Shown here: piece by piece, positions 34,864-43,775 of the stretch
How the letters are laid out: every line of letters starts with the position of its first letter
How positions within the stretch are numbered: the stretch's first letter is position 1
From: an uncultured Planctomycetales bacterium
GTDB lineage: Bacteria > Planctomycetota > Phycisphaerae > SM23-33
Assembly (NCBI GenBank): GCA_965602635.1
Contig: CBFCZU010000002.1
Location: forward strand, 1 to 63,912
Reading direction: 5' to 3'
Length of the DNA: 63,912 bases
Made by a program: the position numbers and the translations under genes
The notes under the pieces: model-generated
The model's database searches: none
Seen by the model: only the letters and a program-made list of their open reading frames with translations
Told to the model about the DNA's origin: nothing

Positions 34864-37800
34864 CAGAGGTTCCTCCCGCAGCACTTCTTGAATTTCTTTC
34901 CCGAGCCGCAGGGGCAGGGGTCGTTTCTGCCGACCTTGGGCTGGCCCCGGACGATCGTCTCGATCTTCTGCGGCCCGGCGGCCGCCTGCCGGGCGGCCAT
35001 GTCCTGCGCCAGGTGGTCGTAGCCGGTGAGCTGCTCGTGGACCATCTGGGAGATCTGGTAAACGCTCTCGGCCTCGGCCTCGGCCCCCAGGCGGGCCTTG
35101 AAGACGATGTCGGTCACCTTGTCCTGGACGCCGGCGAGCATCTCCTCGAACAGCCGGAAGCCCTCGCGCTTGTAAACTGTCTTGGGGTCCTGCTCGGCGT
35201 ACCCGCGGAAGCCAACGCCGCTCTTGAGGTGGTCCATGGCCAGCAGGTGGTCCATCCAGGAGCGGTCGTAGATCTGGAGCAGGACGTAGCGTTCCAGCTC
35301 GGTCAGCTCGCGGCGTGCGAATGCCCGCCCGGCGTCGATCAGGGAGGCCCGGAGGTCGTCGCCGGCCAGGTCGCCCTCGGTCAGCTCGGCGTCGAAGCGC
35401 TGCTTGGCCCATTCGGCGGCGGCGCGGGGCCGGTCGGCCCCGGCCGGAAGCGCCGCCAGGGAATCGTCCACCTGCCGCTCAAGGGCCCCGCCGGAGACGA
35501 ACTGCTCCGACACGTCGATCAACTCGCCGGCGATCTGCTGGACGCTCTTGCCGGCAAGCTGCTCGGGGCTCCAGCCGGCGCCGTACTTGCGGTTGGCCCA
35601 CTCGCACAGGGAGTTGACGGCGTAGGCGTTGTCGGCCCCGGCCGAGCCTATGGTTATGTCGATCGCGTACTCGGGCGGATACTCGATCTCGCGCCGGCGA
35701 TAGGCGGCCTCCACCGCCGCCAGCACCAGCTCCGACGCCTCGGTCGGGTCCTTGTCCTTCACCTCGTCGGGAGTCAACTCCACGCCGAAGCGGTTCCTCG
35801 CCCACTCCGCCAGCGAGCGCCGGGCGAAGCCCTCGGCCAGGTACCGGCCCAGCGGAGAGAGGTCAACCGTGTCGATGTGCGCCTGCGCCGCCTCGGTCAG
35901 CGACTCCTCGATCTCCTCGGGGGTCATCTTCCGGAGCTGGTTCTGCGAGAGGTTCACGCGGAAGCGGCTCATTGCCCAGGAGGAGAGCCCGCGGAGGTCC
36001 CACTCCCGCTGGTCCACGTCCGGGTCGGCGTACTCGCCGATGGTGACGGTGATCGTCCCGGCCGCCTCCTCCTTCGCCAGCCGGCGGAGGTCCTCCTCCA
36101 CCAGCGGTTGTTCGGCGATGGTCTCGGCCCTGATCTGCTCCGGCCTGACGTTCACGTCGAGCGCCTGGTGGGCCCATTCGGCCATGCATCGCCGGGCGTA
36201 GTCCTCTGCCAGGTAGTCCTCCACGGCCGAGGCGACCGTCTGGCGGATCATCTCGGCGATAACCGCCTCGACGTCGCTGCCCTCGAGGACATCCTGGCGG
36301 CGGGCGTAGAAGCCGCGCCGCTGGTGGTCCATCACCTCGTCGTACTCCAGCAGGTTCTTGCGGATTTCGAAGTTCCTCTGCTCGACCTTCTTCTGTGCCC
36401 TGGCGATACCTCGGCTGACGCGCTTGTCCTCGATGGCCTGGCCGTCCTGAAGCCCCAGCCAGGAGAGGATCTTTATGGTCCACTCCCCCGCGAAGATGCT
36501 CAGCAGGTCGTCCCGTAGCGACAGGAAGAACCTGCTGGAGCCCGGGTCGCCCTGCCGGGCCGAGCGGCCGCGGAGCTGGTTGTCGATCCGCCGCGCCTCG
36601 TGACGCTCGGTGGCCACGATGTGCAGGCCGCAGGGGACCTGCTCGACGCAGTCGGCCCGCCCGCGCGCCGGGAAGTCCGCCTCGAGCTTGGGCTTGAAGC
36701 AGTGGGCGCAGCTCGTGGACGGGTCGTACTCCGGGCAGTGGATGCAGCACTTGGTCGTCCCGGACGGGAAGAGGTCTTGCTGCTCGACGCCCAGCTCGGC
36801 GAGCTTCTCGGGGGGTGGGACCTTGCACCCGGCCTGCACCACGCCCTCCCCCAGCTTGATGTCGGTGCCCCGCCCGGCCATGTTCGTGGCGATGGTCACG
36901 TTGCCGACCATCTCGCCCCGGCCGCCCTTCTTCGAGACCGACTTGAGCGGATGGCGCAGCCCGGCGAGCTTGACGATCTCGCCCTCCTTGGCCGAGGCCT
37001 CGACCCGCCCGTTGAGCACCATGTGCTCCACGCCGTAGGTGTGCTCCAGCATCCGGGAGAGCTCCTCGGACCTCTCGATGCTGGTGGTGCCGACCAGCAC
37101 GGGCCGGCCCATTTTGGAGTAGCTGTTGATCTCCTCGACGATCGCCTGCTTCTTCTCCTCGACCGTGCCGTAGATTCGGTCGTTGTGATCCACGCGGTTG
37201 ACCGGGCGGTGCGTGGGGACGGTGACCACGTCGAGGCTGAAGATTTTCATGAACTCCTCGGCCTCGGTCATGGCCGTTCCGGTCATGCCGGCGAGCCGGT
37301 CGTAAAGCAGGAAGAAGTTCTGGAAGGTGATGGTCGCGAGGGTCTGGTTCTCCTCCTTGATGGTGACCTGCTCCTTGGCCTCGACGGCCTGGTGGAGCCC
37401 GTCGGCCCACTGTCGCCCCTCCATGAGCCTGCCGGTGAACTCGTCAACGATGATCACCTCGCTGCCGCGGACGATGTAGTCCTTGTCGCGGTCGTACACC
37501 ACGTGGGCGCGCAGCGACTGGTCGAGCAGGTGAGGCCACTCCATATTCGCCCCGACGTAGAAGCTGCCGATGCCGGCGATCTCCTGGGCGGCCGCCACGC
37601 CCTCCTCCGTCAGGTGGGCCGATTTCTTGTCCAGCTCCACCTCGTAGTACTTGGTCGTCCCGCCGGCGGCGTCCTCCGCCGCGGCCAGCTCCTGCTCGGA
37701 CTTCTCGAGCTTGCGGGCGAGGGCTTCCTTCTTATTGTCGTCGGCGCGTGAGGCCTCGCCCGCCAGGGCCGTCACCGCCCGCTTGAGCGACTCGACCCGC

Positions 37801-38690
37801 CGGCCGGCCTGGCCGTGGGGGCGATGGCGCTTGATGAGCTCCCGCGCCACCCCGTCCGACTTGCGGTACCGCTCGACGTCGCCGTGCGCCGGGCCGGAAA
37901 TGATCAGAGGCGTCCGCGCCTCGTCGATGAGGATGTTGTCCACCTCGTCGATGATGGCGTAGTCCAGCGGGCCCTGCACCTGGTCGGCGACGGTCATCTT
38001 CATGTTGTCGCGGAGGTAGTCGAAGCCGAACTCGCTGTTGGTGCCGTAGATGAGGTCGCAGGCGTACTGTGGCTGCCTCTCGGCCGGCGGCATCGGCTCC
38101 TGGATCGCGCCCACGGTCACGCCCAGCAGATGGAACACCGGCCAGGCGAAGTCGCAGTCGCGCTGCACCAGGAAGTCGTTGGTGGTGACGACGTGGGCCT
38201 TCTTGCCGGCCAGGACCGTCAGGTACACCGCCGGGTAGCAGGCGATGGTCTTGCCCTCGCCGGTGGCCTCCTCTGCGATGCGCCCCTCGTGGAGTACCTG
38301 CCCGGCGGCGAGCTGGACGTCGAACTGGCGGTGGTCGCGCGCCAGCCAGGAGGCGACGCGGACGGTGGCGAATGCGTCCGGCATTAGGTCGCGGAGCGAT
38401 TCTCCGCCGCCGAGCCGGCGGCGGTACTCGGCGGTCTTGCCGATGAGCCACTGCTTGGCCGACAGCGGGACGAGCCGCAGGTCCTCCGCCAGGGCGACGA
38501 ACTGATCGGCGGTGAGCTGGCCGGCGTAGGCCCCGGCCGCCTCGCGGGCGAGGCCGCGGTACTCCTCGTCGAGCCGGTCGCCGGCGACGTTGATCTGCTC
38601 GCGCACGACGTGCATGCGGGCGCGGATCAGCCGCTCGTTCCGGCTGCCGCCCAGGAGCTTCACGAACAGGTTGCCTATGGCCGAAAGCAT
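34863..38690 (-). CDS. secA: preprotein translocase ATPase SecA (1275 aa, expanded)
   Basis: Walker A region [85 protein letters not shown] and the C-terminal [14 protein letters not shown]. Confidence 0.97.
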   Translation of the reverse strand: MLSAIGNLFVKLLGGSRNERLIRARMHVVREQINVAGDRLDEEYRGLAREAAGAYAGQLTADQFVALAEDLRLVPLSAKQWLIGKTAEYRRRLGGGESLRDLMPDAFATVRVASWLARDHRQFDVQLAAGQVLHEGRIAEEATGEGKTIACYPAVYLTVLAGKKAHVVTTNDFLVQRDCDFAWPVFHLLGVTVGAIQEPMPPAERQPQYACDLIYGTNSEFGFDYLRDNMKMTVADQVQGPLDYAIIDEVDNILIDEARTPLIISGPAHGDVERYRKSDGVARELIKRHRPHGQAGRRVESLKRAVTALAGEASRADDNKKEALARKLEKSEQELAAAEDAAGGTTKYYEVELDKKSAHLTEEGVAAAQEIAGIGSFYVGANMEWPHLLDQSLRAHVVYDRDKDYIVRGSEVIIVDEFTGRLMEGRQWADGLHQAVEAKEQVTIKEENQTLATITFQNFFLLYDRLAGMTGTAMTEAEEFMKIFSLDVVTVPTHRPVNRVDHNDRIYGTVEEKKQAIVEEINSYSKMGRPVLVGTTSIERSEELSRMLEHTYGVEHMVLNGRVEASAKEGEIVKLAGLRHPLKSVSKKGGRGEMVGNVTIATNMAGRGTDIKLGEGVVQAGCKVPPPEKLAELGVEQQDLFPSGTTKCCIHCPEYDPSTSCAHCFKPKLEADFPARGRADCVEQVPCGLHIVATERHEARRIDNQLRGRSARQGDPGSSRFFLSLRDDLLSIFAGEWTIKILSWLGLQDGQAIEDKRVSRGIARAQKKVEQRNFEIRKNLLEYDEVMDHQRRGFYARRQDVLEGSDVEAVIAEMIRQTVASAVEDYLAEDYARRCMAEWAHQALDVNVRPEQIRAETIAEQPLVEEDLRRLAKEEAAGTITVTIGEYADPDVDQREWDLRGLSSWAMSRFRVNLSQNQLRKMTPEEIEESLTEAAQAHIDTVDLSPLGRYLAEGFARRSLAEWARNRFGVELTPDEVKDKDPTEASELVLAAVEAAYRRREIEYPPEYAIDITIGSAGADNAYAVNSLCEWANRKYGAGWSPEQLAGKSVQQIAGELIDVSEQFVSGGALERQVDDSLAALPAGADRPRAAAEWAKQRFDAELTEGDLAGDDLRASLIDAGRAFARRELTELERYVLLQIYDRSWMDHLLAMDHLKSGVGFRGYAEQDPKTVYKREGFRLFEEMLAGVQDKVTDIVFKARLGAEAEAESVYQISQMVHEQLTGYDHLAQDMAARQAAAGPQKIETIVRGQPKVGRNDPCPCGSGKKFKKCCGRNL
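34878..34925. repeat. partner copy of the 48-nt SEC-C segment (3' end of secA)
   Basis: See 34627-34674. Confidence 0.85.
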
Positions 38691-38736
38691 GCCCGCTCCG
38701 GGGGAAATCGTCGCACCAGGTACCTTCAGTTTAGTC

Positions 38737-38766
38737 AGTATCGCACTGGCGCATCCTGCCCGTCAA
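38737..38766 (-). promoter_or_regulatory. sigma-70-like promoter candidate for secA (TTGACG, 18-nt spacer, GATACT)
   Basis: The reverse complement reads TTGACGggcaggatgcgccagtgcGATACT. About 45 nt upstream of the secA ATG. Confidence 0.4.
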
Positions 38767-38781
38767 GCGTGGCGGCGCGGG

Positions 38782-40563
38782 TCAAGGCAGGCGGAGGGCG
38801 AATCGGAGCGTCATTTGCTCGGCAAGGGCGGCCGGGGTGAAGGTGATGCGACGGAGCAGCTCGCCGGCGCGTCCCTCGGCGGCGCTTTCCTCGGCCAACT
38901 CGACCGCGGCGAATGTCCCGTCGGTATCGACGGCCCGCAGCTCGGCGGCGCCGTCCGCCTCGGAGCGGATCGTCACGGACTGTCCGTCGGCGGCGACCTC
39001 GGCCGGGGAGATGGTGATGAATACCTCCTCCAGCGATTCCGGCCGGGCGGAAAACGAGAACGAATCGGCCAGCACCACCTCGCCCCCGCCGGCGGGCAGC
39101 TCTATCTGGCGCGTCAGGCCCTTTAGCGCGGGCACGTCGTACGCCCCGGCCATCTCAATCCGCAGCGCCTTGGCGGCGTCGGCATTGAGCCCATCCACCT
39201 CCAGCGTGCCGGCGTACCGCTCGCCCTCCGGCTGCCCCCGGCCGTTGATGACCGGCACGCTGTGGCCGAAGGAGTTGCAGAAGACGCTCTCGTAGCGCCT
39301 CTCGCTGAAGGTCCGGGCCGAATACACCGGCGCGCCCGGGTCGGTCAGGAAGAAGGTCGTCCCGCGGTGGACGACGAAGCTGCCGACGTCGTTATGGTTG
39401 TGGTGCTCGGCGTTGTTGCCGCCCTTCGCCCCGACGGTGGTCGCGGCGGCGCGGAGCTTGGCGACGCCCAGCTCCGGCAGGTGGCAGTCGCGCGGGTCGT
39501 CCAGCGGCTCGAACGTGTCGTCCCGGTAGAGCATCAGGTCTTCCAGGGCGGCGACCTTCAGGTGCCCGTCGTCGGTGAGCTGGCAGAGGCCGAAAAGCTC
39601 CGGGACGTCCACGAAGCGGTTGATGTGAACGGCCGTGGCGGGCGAGAGATAGCCCCGGTGGACGTCGGCGAAGTCCAGGTCGCGCCCCGGCACGACCGAC
39701 ATCGCCAGCGGGTAGCGGCATATCGGCTCGATCCTCGGGTCGTCCATGATGTTTACCCGCCCGCCGGTGAAGTCGTACAGCCCGGCGGCCAGGCGGGCGT
39801 ACCAACTGAACCCGTACCGCCAGTAGCTCGGCCCCTCGGTGCATCCGCCGTCGGCGGTGAAGCCGTCGATGAAGTACTCCAGGTCGGTCAGGGCGCTAGC
39901 GATGATCTTCGTAAGCGCGGGCGGGTCGGTCTCGATCAGCATCGCCGCCCCCACCACGCCGGCGTGGCAGACGGCGTTCCAGTTGTTGGGGAAGATCCGC
40001 CACCAGTTGGGCGGGTCGGTGACGAAGAACACGTCCAGCACCCGCCGGCGGACCTCGGCGACGATCCGCTCGACGGCCTCGTCGCCCAGTGCCTCGCCTA
40101 GGGCCTTCGCCAGCAGGGCGTACTGATAGCCGAGCATGGCCACGCGGAGGTCGATCCTCCCGCGGTGGGTCTCGTGTGCGGGCATGACCCACCATGACTG
40201 CTCGCACTCGGCCCAGAGCAGGTCGCGGAGATAGGCGGCCTTTTCGCCCATGCCCAGCCAGACGGCCGTGGCCGCCAGGTCAATCTGGGGCCCCCGACGG
40301 GCGAAGAACCGCTCGCAGTGGGTGCGGTTGCCCGTGCGGCGGAACTCGCGGAAGAGGCTGTAGGGAAGCGCGACGATCGGTTCGTCCTCCGTGAGCCCGG
40401 CCTCGATTCGGTCGATGAGGCCCTGCTCGCGGGCAACCCTCACCGCCCGCTGGCGGGCGCCCTCGTCTGCCATTTGCGGCACCGGCGAGTTACCAATGCT
40501 CTCGGCCACGATCCCGGCGAGCTGCTCGGCGGAGACTCCACCTAACATTGCGCGGTCCTCCAT
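38782..40563 (-). CDS. heparinase II/III-like (polysaccharide lyase-like) protein, no signal peptide
   Basis: NNWNAVCHAGVVGAAMLIE, GGCTEGPSYWRYGF and GGNNAEHHNHNDVGSFVVH resemble alginate-lyase/heparinase II/III family motifs. Start at MEDRAML (ATG at 40563). Confidence 0.75.
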   Translation of the reverse strand: MEDRAMLGGVSAEQLAGIVAESIGNSPVPQMADEGARQRAVRVAREQGLIDRIEAGLTEDEPIVALPYSLFREFRRTGNRTHCERFFARRGPQIDLAATAVWLGMGEKAAYLRDLLWAECEQSWWVMPAHETHRGRIDLRVAMLGYQYALLAKALGEALGDEAVERIVAEVRRRVLDVFFVTDPPNWWRIFPNNWNAVCHAGVVGAAMLIETDPPALTKIIASALTDLEYFIDGFTADGGCTEGPSYWRYGFSWYARLAAGLYDFTGGRVNIMDDPRIEPICRYPLAMSVVPGRDLDFADVHRGYLSPATAVHINRFVDVPELFGLCQLTDDGHLKVAALEDLMLYRDDTFEPLDDPRDCHLPELGVAKLRAAATTVGAKGGNNAEHHNHNDVGSFVVHRGTTFFLTDPGAPVYSARTFSERRYESVFCNSFGHSVPVINGRGQPEGERYAGTLEVDGLNADAAKALRIEMAGAYDVPALKGLTRQIELPAGGGEVVLADSFSFSARPESLEEVFITISPAEVAADGQSVTIRSEADGAAELRAVDTDGTFAAVELAEESAAEGRAGELLRRITFTPAALAEQMTLRFALRLP

Positions 40564-40686
40564 CGTCTCAGTGGGCGCCCCGTGCCGCGGCGATCGCCCG
40601 CCGTCGGCGGGGCACGCGGAGAATGCTAACCCCCCCGCCGCCGAAGGCAAGACGTTTCCGCCGAGCTGGGGATGGACTGGCCCCAC

Positions 40687-41331
40687 CTACGGGCTCAGGT
40701 GCACATAACGGCCCCGGTCCTCGAAATGCGTTATCACCCCGGTGTCCGAGGCATCTCTCAGCCAGTACTTGCCCGGCACCGGCATCCGCCCGGGTATGTC
40801 GAACTTCGGCGAGTCCAGGTCCGGGCCCATGCTCCAGACGGCGTACCGCACGGGGCTCTCCTCCGGATCGCTGTAGTAGCGCCCCGTCTCGCCGTCGCCG
40901 TAGGGGAAGCCGTCCTGCACCCAGAGCGTCGCGGCGTTCTCGAGGATGGTCGACTCGTTCATGATGGCCGCCCCCACGGCGCGGTACTTGTAGGACTGCT
41001 CGGGGTGGAAAGGGTCCTCCATGACCACGACCTGGACGGAGTTCTTCCGGCCCAGGGGCAGATACGGCCCAAGCTCGACGGGCAGCTCGTACGCGGTCTT
41101 GCTGCTGCACGAGAAGCGCGTGGGCGGGAGCTGGTCCTGGCACTCGCTGCGGTACAGTTCGAGGGCGACCGTGACGCCGCGCAGCTCGGCGTGTACCTTG
41201 GCGATGCGGGCCAGCGTCTTGGCCCTTCCCAGCGACGGCAACAGGATGGCCAGCAACAGCGATAGTATGGCGATGACCACCAGCAGCTCTATCAGCGTGA
41301 ACCCGCGCGACCTGTCAGCGTGCCTGGCCAT
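40687..41331 (-). CDS. prepilin-type N-terminal cleavage/methylation domain protein (pseudopilin-like)
   Basis: MARHADRSRGFTLIELLVVIAILSLLLAILLPSL. 214 aa. Confidence 0.85.
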   Translation of the reverse strand: MARHADRSRGFTLIELLVVIAILSLLLAILLPSLGRAKTLARIAKVHAELRGVTVALELYRSECQDQLPPTRFSCSSKTAYELPVELGPYLPLGRKNSVQVVVMEDPFHPEQSYKYRAVGAAIMNESTILENAATLWVQDGFPYGDGETGRYYSDPEESPVRYAVWSMGPDLDSPKFDIPGRMPVPGKYWLRDASDTGVITHFEDRGRYVHLSP

Positions 41332-41375
41332 CCTGTTCTCTCGTCTTCGCCGGATGGGTCCGAGCCGGGGCCGGA

Positions 41376-42407
41376 CTACCGCTCGCCGCGGCGCCTGCGG
41401 AGGGCCGCCAGGGCGCCGAGCCCCATCATGACCGCCGCCGTCGGCTCCGGAACCAGCTCGAAATCGGCCGGGCTCATGGCCAGCAGTTGATAGCCGCCCT
41501 GCTCGCCGAAGTCGGACTGGTTCATGATACCGATGACGTTGAAGCGCTCGCCCACGCCGAACAGCTCTGTGCCGTCGAAGCTCCCATTGAACCCCAGGCG
41601 GACGGTGAACGTTCGCACCCCGTCGGTCACCGCGACGAGGCCCTCCGTCGTCCATGTCTGCGGCGAGGCCGCCTGCACGTCCATCAGCTCCACCATCTCG
41701 CCCTGGTATCGCTCTCCGCCGGTCTGGCGCGTGGGGTCGAAGATGAAAGCGTCCCCGGCCGTCTTGAGGTCGCTCAGGTAGACCGCCGTGGGCGTCGGCA
41801 GCCCGTAGCCGTCCTGTAGAACGACGATCTCAAAGTCCATCGCCGGGTCGTTGGTATGCTGCTCGTTGACGTTCATCTTGCCCTTGTAGGACATGCCTGC
41901 GCGGGCGCGGATTTCCACCAGGTCGCCGGCGCGCAGGAGGTCGGTGACGCCGTCGCCGCCGTGGAGGTTCAGCCTGCCCAACTCGGCCGTCCATTCGGCG
42001 TCCGTATAGCTGAATGACGGGTCCTGGCGCATGATGTGATTGCCGTAGTTCTGCCCCATCCAGCAGGCCGTGCCGCCGAAGTCGGCGAAGGCCGTGCCGG
42101 GGTCGCTGTCCCAGGGCGTTCCGTCGAGGTTGATCGCCTGGACGAAGAACTCGGCCTCTCCCCCGAGCTGCCAGAGGTGGACGCCCGGGTCGTAGGCCGG
42201 CGTCGGGTCGCGCCAGTCCTCCGTGTTGTTGAGGACCATCCCGATCAAACGGATCGGGAAGCCGCCGGAGTACGCGCTGCTGCCGTCGGCGTCCACCGCC
42301 TGATAGACGCTGTGATCGACGAAGCTGACGTTGTTCCAGTCCTGAGCCGAGGTGGAAGCGCCCACGGCCGCCACCATACAGAAACCGAGCAGGATTCTCT
42401 TGAGCAT
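41376..42407 (-). CDS. secreted PEP-CTERM-anchored protein of unknown function
   Basis: Signal peptide MLKRILLGFCMVAAVGASTSAQ. C-terminal VPEPTAAVMMGLGALAALRRRRGER. Confidence 0.8.
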   Translation of the reverse strand: MLKRILLGFCMVAAVGASTSAQDWNNVSFVDHSVYQAVDADGSSAYSGGFPIRLIGMVLNNTEDWRDPTPAYDPGVHLWQLGGEAEFFVQAINLDGTPWDSDPGTAFADFGGTACWMGQNYGNHIMRQDPSFSYTDAEWTAELGRLNLHGGDGVTDLLRAGDLVEIRARAGMSYKGKMNVNEQHTNDPAMDFEIVVLQDGYGLPTPTAVYLSDLKTAGDAFIFDPTRQTGGERYQGEMVELMDVQAASPQTWTTEGLVAVTDGVRTFTVRLGFNGSFDGTELFGVGERFNVIGIMNQSDFGEQGGYQLLAMSPADFELVPEPTAAVMMGLGALAALRRRRGER

Positions 42408-42470
42408 CGCGCTTCTCCTCCTTTAGCTGTCAAGCCGGAGCTTCGAGTATCACCGCTGGCATGCTTGGGA

Positions 42471-42499
42471 TTGACCGCGACCGCCGGCGGTATTACGAT
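42471..42499 (+). promoter_or_regulatory. sigma-70-like promoter candidate (TTGACC, 17-nt spacer, TACGAT)
   Basis: About 50 nt upstream of the methyltransferase ATG at 42551. Confidence 0.3.
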
Positions 42500-42550
42500 A
42501 GTGGAAGAAATATTACCGGCAACCCGTCTATTACGCAAGGGCTAATTCGT

Positions 42551-43195
42551 ATGAAAAGCAGCAAGACCGCCCGAACCTCGGAGCAAGACCCGCGGATCGC
42601 CTTCTTCGACGAGAAGGCCGAGCGCTGGGACAGCGAAGATTCCGGCGGCTTGGGCATCCCGGCCCGACTGGAGCAGCACCGCGAGCTTCTGGCCCTTTCC
42701 CCCGGCCAGGACCTTCTGGAGGTCGGGTGCGGCACCGGCAAGACGACCGCCTGGCTCGCCGAGCAGGTTGCCCCCGGTCGCGTCACGGCCGTGGACTTCG
42801 CGCCGAGAATGCTCGCCCAAGCCCGCACCAAGCAGATCGACGCCGACTTCCACCGCCTGGACGTCTGCCGTGACGCCCTCGGCGAGGGCCTTTACGACGT
42901 GGTCTTCTGCTTTCACTGCTTCCCCCACTTCCGCGACCAGCCGGCGGCCCTGAGCAACCTGGCCCGCGCCATGAGGCCCGAGGGACGGCTGATCGTCATG
43001 CACCTGGCGGGCAGCGAACGGATCAACCATTTCCACTCCAGCATCGAAGGCCCGGTCGCCGGCGACGTGCTGCCTCGAGGCAGCGCCTGGCCGGCCCTGC
43101 TGGAAGGTGCGGCCCTGGGTCCCGCGCTGCTCCTCGACCAAGACGACCTGTTCTTCCTGGAGGCCCGAAAGGTGCCGCGGAGGCGGCGTGCTTGA
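42551..43195 (+). CDS. class I SAM-dependent methyltransferase
   Basis: Motif I LLEVGCGTGKTT, then DVVFCFHCFPHF and RPEGRLIV. Confidence 0.85.
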   Translation: MKSSKTARTSEQDPRIAFFDEKAERWDSEDSGGLGIPARLEQHRELLALSPGQDLLEVGCGTGKTTAWLAEQVAPGRVTAVDFAPRMLAQARTKQIDADFHRLDVCRDALGEGLYDVVFCFHCFPHFRDQPAALSNLARAMRPEGRLIVMHLAGSERINHFHSSIEGPVAGDVLPRGSAWPALLEGAALGPALLLDQDDLFFLEARKVPRRRRA

Positions 43196-43248
43196 CGCGC
43201 CCCGCGGCGGCGTTAGCATGGCAGGCGAGGCGAGTAAAGGAGTCGTCC

Positions 43249-43665
43249 ATGTCCGATCTCGTGCGAGTGAGCCTGTCCATCGAAAAGCCCCTCTTCGAGC
43301 GCCTTGAGAAGCTGGTCGCCGACAGCGAGTACCGCAGCCGCTCGGAATACGTGCGCGACCTGATCCGCAGCCGCCTTGTTGAGCAGGAGTGGAGCAGCGG
43401 CAGGACGCTGCTGGGGACGATCTCGCTGATCTACGACCACCACGCCCGCGGGCTGAGCGACAGGCTCATTCACCAGCAGCACCACTTCGCGGGGACCGTT
43501 CTGGCCACCACCCACGTGCACCTCGACGAGAACCTTTGCGCGGAGATGATCATGGTTCGCGGGCGGGGCAAGGACATCAAGGCGCTGGCGGACCGCCTGC
43601 GGCGGGAGAAGGGCGTGCTTCACGCCAAGCTCGCCACGGGCACCACGGGCAAGGACCTGCTCTGA
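43249..43665 (+). CDS. nikR: nickel-responsive transcriptional regulator NikR
   Basis: Ribbon-helix-helix N-terminus (VRVSLSIEKPLFERLEKLV...RSRSEYVRDLIR). C-terminal domain has HH at QQHHF and THVHLDENLC (H-x-H-x5-C, the same spacing I recall for the E. coli NikR nickel site). TAAAGGAG Shine-Dalgarno upstream. Confidence 0.85.
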   Translation: MSDLVRVSLSIEKPLFERLEKLVADSEYRSRSEYVRDLIRSRLVEQEWSSGRTLLGTISLIYDHHARGLSDRLIHQQHHFAGTVLATTHVHLDENLCAEMIMVRGRGKDIKALADRLRREKGVLHAKLATGTTGKDLL

Positions 43666-43775
43666 GGCCGGCGGGGCCGCGGGTGGGCACCTCGGCGCTT
43701 GCAATGGAGTCGCCTTGTCGGCATCATGGCGTCGGCCCGGGCGCCCCAGGCCGGGGCGCCGCGGCGGAGGAGACT

